NCBI GenBank assembly: GCA_951406725.2
Contig: OX597815.1
Coordinates: forward strand, 113,832,001 to 113,896,000
Direction of reading: 5' to 3'
DNA from: Octopus vulgaris
Lineage: Eukaryota
DNA length: 64,000 bases
The notes beneath the pieces were generated by a model that saw only the letters and a program-made list of their open reading frames with translations, was not told the DNA's origin and did not search any database. Each line of letters starts with the position of its first letter. The stretch's first letter is position 1. This document shows positions 10,521 to 22,095 of this stretch, piece by piece. The translations under genes and the position numbers were made by a program.

Positions 10521-12918
10521 ATCTATTACAGCTTTGTGCTTTCAAATCTCATCTCATCTGTTACAAAGGGGATAAAAAAAATAGGTCTTTTCGGTACCAT
10601 CAAAAACTTTAACAGGTTTGTGAAATTCTTAAACAAACTTCCAGTTCTTTCAGCTGATCACTTTCAGTGCCAATACTTAGATTGCAAGGGAACTTTCAAG
10701 TCTTGCACACTCCAAATGGATGACACCTAAACTCTCCCCCACACCACTGCCACTCATTTGCTGAAGGGTTCAGCTAATTAAAACACTCAATATATCAGAG
10801 AGTAATGAATATTTTATAAACAGTATCTTTTAGTACTCAGTGAGAGTAACTTAAGTTTCATGTTAAGAAAAAGATTAGTTCAAGTTGTTGCCATTTTTTC
10901 CTCCAGTCTTTAGGTTATTTGGTGACTGCTTGAACTTAAACTTAATCAAATGTTTTTTTCTGAACATGAAACTAAAATTGTCACCAAGATCCGAAGATAT
11001 GTTGTAGTAGTAGTAGTGTGTGTTTTCGTTTTGAATTGCAGTTTCTCTCAAAATCTGCTTTTTATTGCTGCATCATTACAACAATGTTCAGTTGTTTAAA
11101 AGTTTAATATACCATATTCTTTTGCTATTGTTACTGAGTTTTTATGATTGGAATTGGGTGGTTAGATACCATTGCAAGGGATCTGTTCTGATTTACTTTT
11201 AATTCTTAATTTGGCATTAGAGATTTACCTAATACAAAGTCAAATCACTAGCATCTCTGTCAAGTTTTCATACGTTCACTTCATAAAGTGAGGTTTCATG
11301 ATCATATAAGAGTATTTTTCATGTCTTCATGAAAAATACTCTTATATGAAGCTCAAAGGCCGCTTTTTTTGTTTTGCTTTTTTTTAAGAAACTTTTTCAC
11401 AGTTCATACACAGGAAAATTATTTGAGTCATTAAAAGTAGCAAATATAGAATGATAGATCGTAAATGGTATGTTGCTGTTGTTTATCTCCAAATCAGCTT
11501 TGATCAAGCAGACCTACAAAACATAGGTAGTTGATTGAATTAATTACCAACTGCAATCCACAGACCTTTTGTTCTGTTAATGTCACTCAGTTTGATTTTC
11601 CATGTCAACTTGTTCAGCCAGCATTCCAGCCATAATCAGACTTCCAATTTTTTCAGGTACAGTGTGTCTAGGACTGCATTATCCAATGTGTCCTTCATTT
11701 TTGAAAGTGGCAAGATGTGATTTAAGAGAAGTTTGGTTGATAATTCTAGTGGGTTGTGGTTACATAGAGGTTCCTTTGTTTATAAGGGGTTTCTACATTA
11801 GGTGGTGGTTCTGTGAATGTGATTTACTCTTCCATTGATTAAACAAAGGTTCACCAACTTAGACATGAGTGCTGCATTCCATGATGAAGTCTATTTTAGA
11901 TTTGTAACCAAACAGGAGATTACTGAATTCTGTTGTTATTAATTTGCTGTAGTAGTTGTAATAGCATCAAGACTGAAGAGTGCTGACATGGAATGTAGAA
12001 AAGAAGTAAATAAAAAGAATAATTTGGACCTTGTTAGTGCTTGTAAAATAATTACAATGGAATTTTAATGCAAGTAGTGTAATCTTCAGTAGATACAGTC
12101 TATGAACAACAGGTGTGAACATTGATTTAAAAGTAGAAGAAAAACAATGCAGTTGTTTTCATTGTCATTAACCTGTTTGTTTAGTAGTTGTAGTTCATGC
12201 TCTCAGTTCAGCTTTCAGTATTTGCTATTCAAGAGATCAGATATTCAGTAGGTTTTATGCTGTTTTTTTTTTTTCATTCTGTTAGCTTATTAATTAGAGA
12301 GCTGTGGATAAAGCTGAGAGGGAGTTGAAAGTCAATTTAAATGTTGTGCATGATTCCAACTTCAAATCCCTTGAAAATCAAATTCTTTTTATCACCTTCT
12401 CTCCTAAAGTTCATAAAGTAGGTATCAGTTAATTTGTGTTAGTACTAATGACTATTGCTTCCCTTATACTTAAATAAGAAATCATTTTATCTTTAAGGAA
12501 TCATTATTGAAGAAATTTATAAATTGACTGTAGATTTAAAAAGAACAGATACAGTTCAGTGAAGTAATCTAACTAGTCGGTCATTTTGTAATTTTCCAGT
12601 TGCCAGCTACATTCTTTCAAAGAAATTTCTTCTTTAAAATGCTCTCTCGCTCACTCTCTTTCTCTCTCTCTCTCTGTCCTAATTATTTACACTCTTCAAC
12701 AACAATCCTGAAGCTGGATATTCAATTACATATTCTGAAGCCATAAGTTTTCCTAAACTTCAGCCCTTATCATTAACAATGATCTACACTCACTTTCTAC
12801 TAAACATACTTGCATCTTCGACCTAATCTCTCTTACTTCCATGCAAAATACACACACATTAGCGACCAACTGTCTCTTACTTCCAACCAAATCCACTCAC
12901 ATCAATGACCTGTCATTT

Positions 12919-13545
12919 ATCATCATCATCGTTTAACGGCTGCTTTGCATGCTGGTATGAGTTTGACTGTTTGACTGAGGGCTGGCGAGCCAGAAGGCTG
13001 CACCAGTCTCCATTCTGATCAGGCAAAGTTTCTACAGCTGGATGCCCTTCCTAATGCCAACCACTCCAAGAGTGTAGTGGGTGCTTTTACGTGCCACCAG
13101 CACAAGGACCAGTCAGGCAGTACTGGCATTGGCCACGCTCAAATGGTGCTTTTAATGTACCACCTGCACAGGAACAAGTCCAGTGGCACTGGTAATGACC
13201 ATGCTCGAATGGTGCTTTTAACAATCCACTAGTACGAGCGCTAATCAGGCGGTACTGTCTTTGGCCACAACAGTGATTTCACTTGCCTCAACAGGTCTTT
13301 GCAAGCATAGTTTATTGTCCAATGATTGAAGGGTACTCTTAAATGGACTGGTTATACAGCACTGGCATAGGCCATGGCTATGGTCTCACTTGGGTTGTCA
13401 GGTCTTCTCAAGCATTTGTCATTGCCTTGGTGAGGATCAATGTTTGAAGGTTGTGCTTCACCCCCTCATCCAAGCTCTTCTTGGGTCTACCTCTTCTGTA
13501 GGTTCCTTCAACTGCTAGGGTGTGACACTTTTTAACACAGACTCA
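12919..13545 (-). mobile_element. RTE LINE 3' end (ORF end, 3' UTR, (GAT)n tail)
   Basis: catcatcatcgtttaacg...ctacagctggatgcccttcctaatgccaaccactc tail; GRPKKS-type ORF end near 13470-13500. Confidence 0.82.
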
Positions 13546-16500
13546 TCTAAAAGTTGAATTTTTTTTTAGACTAAATTCCACCGTTGACTATTACTAAACA
13601 CAACTTTTAAGGGACTGAAAATCAACATACAGTCTCAAATACCAACTGTATCAGTAGCAAGACCCTAAATAGTGATCTCTTAAATGTATTATTACTGTAA
13701 TTCATTTTTTGCCCTTTTATTCATTATTCACAGCACTATCCATCCCACTCCTTCCCACTCATCTCTCTACTTCTCTCAATCTCCTGGTCACTCTCTCTTG
13801 ACTCTCCCTGCCCTGCTATTCCTATCTTTTCTTATCCTTCCTCTGCTTCAACTCTCCCCCTCTCTTCTCCTGAACTGCCTACTTCCTCCTTTAACCTACT
13901 TCTGTTTGCTTTCTTCACTCATTCTACCCTTAAATTTCTTGCATTATGATGTGAAATGTTAGATGCCTGTCTCTACCCTGAAGATGGAGGCCAGATTTAC
14001 AGTAATTTCTATATGCATCCACTACTGGTTGCATATCCTTGACATTTTGTACACTCCATCTGCCAACTTTACAACTATAACGTAATTCTGAACCCCCAGA
14101 AACAGCTGTCGGACCTGAAGTACTGTTCCCTCTCCGTTTAGTTTTCTGTATTTTTTGTACTTCATGTAAATCTGTTCTGTAAATACATATTATCATGTAA
14201 CATCCACCTTCCATGCTGGCATGGGTGGGACGGTTTGACAGGAACCAACCAGGCAGAAGCCTCCACCAGACATCTGTGACTGTTTTTGACAGGATTTTTA
14301 CAGTTAGATACCCTTCCTAACACCAAGGTTTTTGCAACTAGATGCCTTTCATGCACACATACACAAGAAAAAACGGGGCTGAAGGCAAAAATACAGGAAA
14401 ATGTGTAAAAAAAACATTGAGTAAAACATGTCTATACACGCACTTACTCGCATGCACGCACGCACACACACACACATCTATATACGCACATACCCACACA
14501 CATGCATTTATTTGTAAGCTTAATTTATGCAAACAAGATAAAGCTAACATTTAATATGGCTTTAAACTATAATTTCTTGATAAATATTAAAAACTTCAAG
14601 CAGAAAATTCTGCAAAATTGCTGTTCATTATTTTCAGTACTGAATGAACTTCATAATCATATGGTCAATGATGTCGTTATTCTGTCTGGAATTTGCTTTT
14701 GTGCAGTCATTGTCCTCTACTGAAGTGCTCAAATCATACTGTCATACAGACCTTGTATTACCATCTGACACTTGCTTTAAAATCCAAAATTCTGTCGTTC
14801 TTTGATTTGTTTTTGCTCTTAGATTTGTCGGTTCTATGAGGTAAACATTTTTCTATCTTGGTGATTTCAAAGTACCCACTATTCTTCTCTGCAGCCTCTT
14901 GCAAAGCTAACCTTTGTCAGTACACTTTGCTTTCCATGTTATTTGAAACTCGTTCCCTATCTTCTCCAGTCTATCACAAGTTTCTCTGGAATACCAAATT
15001 CTCTCAACTTCTCTACAATTAATTATCTTCTCAGCAACTTAGATAACTCTTCATTTAAACACTACCATGTATTAATTATTTTTTCTGGGAGATATTTTCT
15101 CTCACAGTTATAAGAATTTTAAAACCTAAATCATGTGACAGTATTTGGCAATTCTATATGAGAACAAACATCAGCTGATCCACCAAATGAAACTGAAATC
15201 CAACTGTAACCTGACTTTTATATAAATCTTAGCAATTTATTGCTGTAGTTGATAGAAAAAGTGAGCAATGATACTGGGACTTAAGATGTTATTCCATTTT
15301 TCACTTATCTGACAACACTGGTTAAAGTGCTTTACATCTGTGCTTGCATCAATAAACTGTAAGCTGATGAAATGTATACTACTAAGTACTTTGCATTTAG
15401 AAATATGGTAATTAGGGTGAATTATAGTGGTGGTCTAGTATAACATACTACATCCTTATTAGAAATAGTGGAGTGAAGCTGTTTGTATCACACTGGTATA
15501 TATTGGAGTTCAGTAAAGAACTTCAGTAATCTGTAACTATGATGCTTGTATGAATTGTACATTGAAATGCATAATTATAGAGAAAAAATAATTTCCTTTC
15601 TGTAACATTTCTCCACAAAATAATTTTTTGACTTGCAAATGATCTGTCACCTGGAGTAAACTAGGGTCAACTTTTACTCGGTATATGTAGAAAATTCTTG
15701 ATTTTTAGCCCTCCAGAGCTCAGCCTTTTTCTTTTCTTTCTTATATGTATGTGTGTGCATGATGTAATATAAAAGTCACTTTTTTTTTTTTTTTTTTTTT
15801 TTAACTGCAACCAAATTCACCATCAGTGACCTACCCTCTTTTACTTCAAGCCAAATGCACTCATGAAAGACCAACTCTCTGATAATTCCAACCAAAAACA
15901 TACATATGGACAGCCTGTTATATTTTACTTCCTCTTAAATACCCTCTTGTACTGATGATACCATCCTTCACTCATTGATAATCTTTGCTCCATAGACATC
16001 ACCCACATACAACCTAGATAATTCATGGCAGGCATACATTACTTCTGTTAACAAAGACTTTGATCATAACTGCAACAAAACACAGCAACCATATATATAT
16101 ATATATCAAGGAAATATGCTTAAAACTCTACCTTCTTTCAAATCCTGAACTACTTGCAAGTAAAACTTTTAGAAATGTTAGTCTTCACTGTCTCTGATAA
16201 CCTTTCATAGTGAAACTCACCTTGATAACCTTGCCAAGAGTTCTGTACTTTGGGAAGTGTATGGAAGCCCATTTGTGCTTGTGTGTTTTGTTTCTGCATG
16301 TATTAACATTGACACTGCAAAGGCAGTGGTGATGTTCATTTTCCATATAACAAATAAATCTGGCAAGTAAGTTGTTTGGGAGACCAGTGGAAAAAAATAT
16401 CTTCCTTAAAACAAAGTGAGAGTTAGTGTTAGAAAGGACATTCAGCTATAGAATACTGCTTTAAGGAATGTTTTCCAGTTCATGTCAGCATAGAAAAAGC

Positions 16501-17749
16501 AGGTATAAAAATTATGATGATGATGACTGGAATACAGAGAAGAGATTGTGAAGAAAATATGTCGACCATCTCAACCAGCCACCACAGAAAATTTCAAGGA
16601 TGAGGTGGTAGGTGTTAGATTATTTTCTGGCAGTGGATAACATTTTGACAAATTAGATTTTTCAGTTTGAACTTTGAAGATAGATATTGTTGATGTGCTT
16701 TCTTCAAAGTAAATGAGTTTAATAACTCCAATTTAATATAGTTTTATTAATCACTAATTCATACAGTCAGTTATTAAGGCTGTTTTTGCTCCTAATTAAT
16801 AGGCAAAACAGCTAACTTGACTTATAAATCACAAGTTCTAATCCACTACAAGTGTTTCCACTTGTTACTGTTAAGATTTTTAATTCTACATCATCTCAAT
16901 TAACCAAGCTATGTATAAATAGGTATCTTCTGGCTTTTATGGGAAACTACCCAGCAATGTATTAGCATTCATACACCCAGGGTAAGAATTAGTTCTTATT
17001 TGCTTAATGCTATGAAAACTAGAGCTAATTACCAACACTATGGATCCCTTTCATTCACAAGAAGGATAACATTTTTTGCCTTTTGTTTCCATTTTATGCT
17101 TCTCTCCCTCCATGCCATTACCTGTTAACAGTGATATATTCTTTAAAATGTATTTGGGAAAATTATCTTGGCTAATGGAAATGATTTTAGGAGATTACCT
17201 CTTAGGGGGGAAAAAATAAATAAATAAAAAGTTGCTTTTTACTGTTCTATTATTTAAAGAAAAAAAAGAATTAGTTGCCAAGATATTTATTCTAATACTG
17301 ATACTTTCTCTCATCTCAGAATTTCTATGAAAACCAGAATCAACGAAACTCCTCTCCAAGAAACCATTTTTATCTATTTTCTGACACTCTTAATCAAATA
17401 TTCTTCCTTTTATCAATACCTGTGAAGCAACATGTGACTTCCTGCCATTAATGGTTGCATAAAGTCAGCACCCATATTTGAGTTCTTGGAATGACTAAAC
17501 ATTTCACTCTCACCCATAATCACTTCCCCTCTCCACTTCTCTTTAAATAATATCCAACTGAGGATTTTTCTGAAAATAGAGCGCTCTGTTCATTGGAAAT
17601 TTTCTTTTACATCTCTTTCAGAATCTTACTCAGCTTCTATATTTGATATCATTCTATTTCATAAAAGGATCGCTGCTTTTGTCTGTTGAAGAATTCCAGT
17701 TTCTGTTAATCGGGCTTTTGAGTTATTTTTATCACCTATTCAGCTCACA

Positions 17750-17785
<36 letters not shown>

Positions 17786-18029
17786 CTCTCTCTCTCTCTC
17801 TCTCTCTTGGCATGTGTGTGTTTGTGTATCTGTATTTAGAGTGTAAATTGTGATGGTTTTGTTTTTAATAATTAATATTTCATGCTAAAATGAAAAAGTA
17901 GTGGTTAAGCTGATTGTTTTTTTATATTTGTTTGAATCTATATCATATTGACAGATACAAAAACTATTTCTCTTACTCTCTTATATATATTTATCATGAA
18001 GTTAAGAGTTCATCAAAGTTCATTCCTCA

Positions 18030-18380
18030 GCCCCATCCTATTTTTTTTCTTATAAAGACCATCACAGTAGAGTTTAAGCCTGACTGTCTGTAGGAACTCT
18101 TTATGCTGATGACTTAGTTCTTATAACCAAAACTATAGTATAATTAGAGACAAAACTTCCAGACATGGAAGCAAAACCTAGAATCAAGAGGCCTCAAAAT
18201 AAACGTAGTAAAAACTGAAGTATTAGTAGATAGGAAGTTTACTAATATTTCAGTATTAGCAAAGGAGTTGAGTCATTACTACTGTCAGGGGAAATAGAGT
18301 TGCTAAATATGCAGAAAAGGAATAGTTAGAAATTCCATACAATGTATTTAGTGTAAACAATAGATGCACAAGGGTGGGAT
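18030..18380 (+). mobile_element. Degenerate RTE RT fragment
   Basis: tatgctgatgacttagttcttata = YADDLVLI, followed by WKQNLESRGLKINVVKTEVL. Confidence 0.78.
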
Positions 18381-18860
18381 AACAGGTGGATCTACAATGT
18401 CACAAGCTGAGGCAGATGGTTAAAATGGGTAGGGTGGAAGGGTGGATGAAGTATGAGCTGCGGAAAATAGAAGGATGCAGAAGAGTGGAGTCGACAAGCA
18501 CCAGAGGTAGTAAAGATGATATAATCATTGGGGTGAAGGAGGACAGGCGAGAAATGACATGGTTGAGTAGTTTGTGAAGCTGGGACGGGAGTGGGGGGAG
18601 CAGCAAGCATAAGGCGTGGGGAGAGAGTACTGCAACAGGTGAAGACTCCAAAGCATGGTACTTCCAGAACTCAGTTTTGTTGAGGAGGGTTAGTCATTTT
18701 GAGAACTTCCTATTGCAAAAGAAATTTTTCTTTTGTCATTTCATCTGTCAGGCTCAGAGTCTTGTGGTCAGCTTTTACCACTTCGTCCCATGTCTTCCTG
18801 TATCTGCCTCTTCTGCAGGTTCCAGCCACATGAAGCAAACAACACTTTATGCAGCTATTC

Positions 18861-18925
<65 letters not shown>

Positions 18926-18994
18926 CATCCTTCCATCCCTTCCTTCCTTCGGTATTTGAATACTACAACGTGCTTACTTGTGTATATATATGTT

Positions 18995-19640
18995 ATCATC
19001 ATCATTTAATGCCTGCTGTCCATGCTGGCACGGGTTGGCTAGTTTGACCAGTGCTGGTAAGCTGGAAGGCTGCACTACACTCCAGTATGATTTAGCATAG
19101 TTTTCTACAGCTCGATGCCCTTCTTAATGCCAACCACTCTGTGAGTGTAATGGGTGCTTTTATGTGCCAGTAGCATGAGTGCTATTTGTGTGACACCAAC
19201 ATTTGCCATGACTGCGATTTTGCTTGGCTTGATGGGTCTTCTTCTCAAGCTCGACATAATGCCAAAGGTCTTGGTCATTGCCTCTGTGAGGCCCAACACT
19301 CAAAAGGAACTCAGCAACTTTGCCTCCATGAAGCCCAATGTGCAAAAGGAACTCAGCCACTTTGCCCCCATGAGGCCCAACACTCAAAAGGAACTCAGCC
19401 ACTTTGCCTCTGTAAGGTCCAGTGTTCAAAAGGAACTTGGCCACTTTACTTCCATGAGGCTCAATGCTCAAAAGGAACTTGGCCACTTTGCCTGTGTGGC
19501 TCAATGCTTCAAAGGAATCCAGCCATTTTTGCCTCTGTGAGGCCCAGTGCTCCAACAGTGCTCTTTACATGCCACCAGCATGGATGCCAGTTATGTGACA
19601 CCAATGTCAACCATGACTATAATTTCACTTGGTTTGATGG
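18995..19640 (-). mobile_element. RTE-derived 3' end containing a 42-bp minisatellite
   Basis: RTE tail motifs at 18995-19170; LGLTEAMT ORF-end remnant near 19275-19300. Confidence 0.75.
19280..19552. repeat. 42-bp minisatellite, about 6.5 copies
   Basis: Unit gcctctgtgaggcccaacactcaaaaggaactcagccacttt starts at 19280, 19322, 19364, 19406, 19448, 19490 and 19531. Confidence 0.92.
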
Positions 19641-19734
19641 GCACAGTATATTGCCAAATATAACAAAATAATTTGATAAAAAATGTGAATTTTTAATTAT
19701 TTTCTGAGATTTTACAAAAACAACAAAAATATCA

Positions 19735-20945
19735 CTAGTCATTGCTTCTGTGAGGCTCAAAGTTTGAAGATCATGCTTCACCACTTCGTCCCATGTTTTC
19801 CTGGATCTACCTCTACCACAAACTCCCTTCACAGTTAGAGATTGGCACTTCTTTACACAGCTGTTCTCGTCCATATGCATCACATGACCATGCCAGAGCA
19901 GTCGTCTCTCTCTTGCACACCACATCTGATTCCTCTTATGCCTATCTTTTCTCTCAAGATGCTTACACTCAGTCAAACATGTACCCTGACATTGCACATC
20001 CAGCGAAGCATACTGGCTTCATTTCTTTCAAGCCTATGCATGTCCTCGGTTGTCATAGCCCATATTTCACTGCCATGTAGCATGGCTGTGCACACACAGG
20101 CATCATACAATCTGTCTTTCACTCTGAGAGAGAGGCCTTGTGCTGCCAGCTGAGGTAGGAGCTCTCTGAACTTTGTCCAGTCTAATCTTATTCTCTCAGC
20201 TATGCTCTCGGAGCATCCCCCTTCACTACTAACTTGGTCACCTAGATAATGGAAGCTATCTACCACCTCTAGCTTGTCTCCCTGGCAGTTGACCGAGTCT
20301 ATTTTCTGCAGATTTTCAGCATTTATTGTACCTGTGCATCTTCCACATACAAAAGCTAGTTTCCCTGTTAACCTTCCTCTAATATTACTGCACCTTTTAT
20401 GTGTCTGAAGTTTACATTGAGTGCATCTTATGGAGTTTCTACCCATGCCTTTTCTACAGATTGAGCAGGGCCATCTACCTGAAGGGATTTGTGATTTGTC
20501 TGCCTTCCTACTTACTAAGACTGTAGTTTTTGCTAGGTTAACTCTAAGGCCCTTTGATTCTAGACCTTGCTTCTATACTTGGAACTTCTTCTCTAGCTCA
20601 GGTAGTGATTCAGCTATAAGAGCAAGAGCATTTCAGCAGTGATTCCTGATGGACTGGGAGCTTTCCATAGCTTCATATCCTTAATTGCTTTATCTACCAA
20701 GGTACTGTTGATTTGGGTAGCTGGTCCCTCAATTGGGTCAACATGTGGCTGACTCTCCTCCTCCCATTCATTCTCCATGTCCAGCAGTCTTTCATAATGG
20801 CATTTCCAAGCCTCTTTCTTTGCAGAATTATTAATTTCACCATAATCCATGTGGACACATTTCCCTCTTATGACATCATGGTTTTTTCTCACACACTGTC
20901 TTGCAATCTGAAACACTTCAGTTCTTTGATCCTCACATCGCTGAA
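19735..20945 (-). mobile_element. RTE LINE ORF remnant with internal deletion; carries a PHD-like zinc finger
   Basis: ORFs 20614-20988 (KAPSPSGITAEML), 19973-20446 (LEVVDSFHYLG...LYDACVCTAMLHGSEIW) and 19617-19997 (RLLWHGHVMHM...GRSRKTW). Confidence 0.9.
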
Positions 20946-20963
20946 CAATATATATATATATAT

Positions 20964-21245
20964 CATCATCATCATCATCATTTGACATCCATTTTCCAAG
21001 ATGGCATGTGTTGAACGGTTCAACTGGGGTCTAGGAAGCCAGGAGGCTGCACCAGGCTCCAGTCTGATCTGGCAGTGTTTCTACAGCTGGATGCCCTTCC
21101 TAACGTCAACCACTCTGAGATTGTAGTGGGTGCTTTTATGTGCCACTGGCACAGGGGCCAGAAGAGGCTGGCAATGACCACAATCGGTTAGTGCTTTTTA
21201 TGTGCCACTGGCACGGGGATCACAACTACAATTTCCTTTTGATTT
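20964..21245 (-). mobile_element. RTE 3' tail fragment
   Basis: (CAT)n plus ggaagccaggaggctgcaccaggctccagtctgatctggcagtgtttctacagctggatgccc, close to the copy at 33942-34290. Confidence 0.85.
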
Positions 21246-21339
21246 TGATATATATATAATGTATGTGTGTGTGTACTTAATGTACATATGTATACTTATC
21301 CACACACTCAGACAAACATAGATGTGTACATACATCTGT

Positions 21340-21590
21340 GTATGTGTGTCTCCTTGTCTTGACATTGCATGATAGTTGTAAATAAATGTCACTGACAAAC
21401 AAGTGGTGTCCTTCATTTTCAGTCTTAGAAGAAAACATCTGGCTTTGAGGAAATATCATCTTGCTTGGAAACAGATGAGTGTTGGCAACAGGAAGGGCAT
21501 CCAGCCTTTGAAAATCTGCCTCAACAAATCCCATTCCACTCGCCTTGCGGATGTGTGAAAAAGTAGATATCAAAACTATGATGATCAAAA
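21340..21590 (+). mobile_element. SINE-like repeat with RTE-type tail (family C)
   Basis: ttgcttggaaac...gttggcaacaggaagggcatccagc...gaaaatctgcctca...(GAT); related copies near 6870, 16270, 30900, 56925 and 61540. Confidence 0.7.
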
Positions 21591-21744
21591 CACACACACA
21601 CAAGATATATAAGAAGATACGGAATAACCCACCCCCACCTTCACATTTGGAAATCAATAATTTGAAATATGAGTTCGATTTCTTGATCATCTGGAAAGCT
21701 AATGGGGACAACAGATTCCTCAGTTTGTGAATATGTTACTACAC

Positions 21745-21998
21745 ACATATTTACATATGTATACATAGAGTACATATATCTGTATGTGTGTGTATGTATA
21801 TATATATACACACACACACACACTCACACACAAGCTTGTATATATATATATGTATTTATATATATACACACTTATATATATGTATATATACACACACACA
21901 CATACACAAGCTTATATATATATGTAAGCTTGTGTATGTGTGTGTGTATATATATATATGTATTTATATATATATACACACACATACACAAGCTTATA

Positions 21999-22037
<39 letters not shown>

Positions 22038-22095
22038 GCACTCACACACACACACACATATATATGTATTCATATGTATAAACACACACACACAT
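21745..22095. repeat. Compound (TA)/(CA)/(TG) microsatellite with recurring aagctt spacers
   Basis: Direct inspection. Confidence 0.92.

Noticed and set aside
18386-18690. GC-richer block with short ORFs on both strands
   Set aside because: No recognisable motif; it sits between RTE fragments and is probably transposon-derived.
19154-19671. Overlapping 128-161 aa repeat ORFs, superficially like a repeat protein or CRISPR array
   Set aside because: They arise from a 42-bp tandem repeat with no unique spacers, in a eukaryotic intron with no cas genes.
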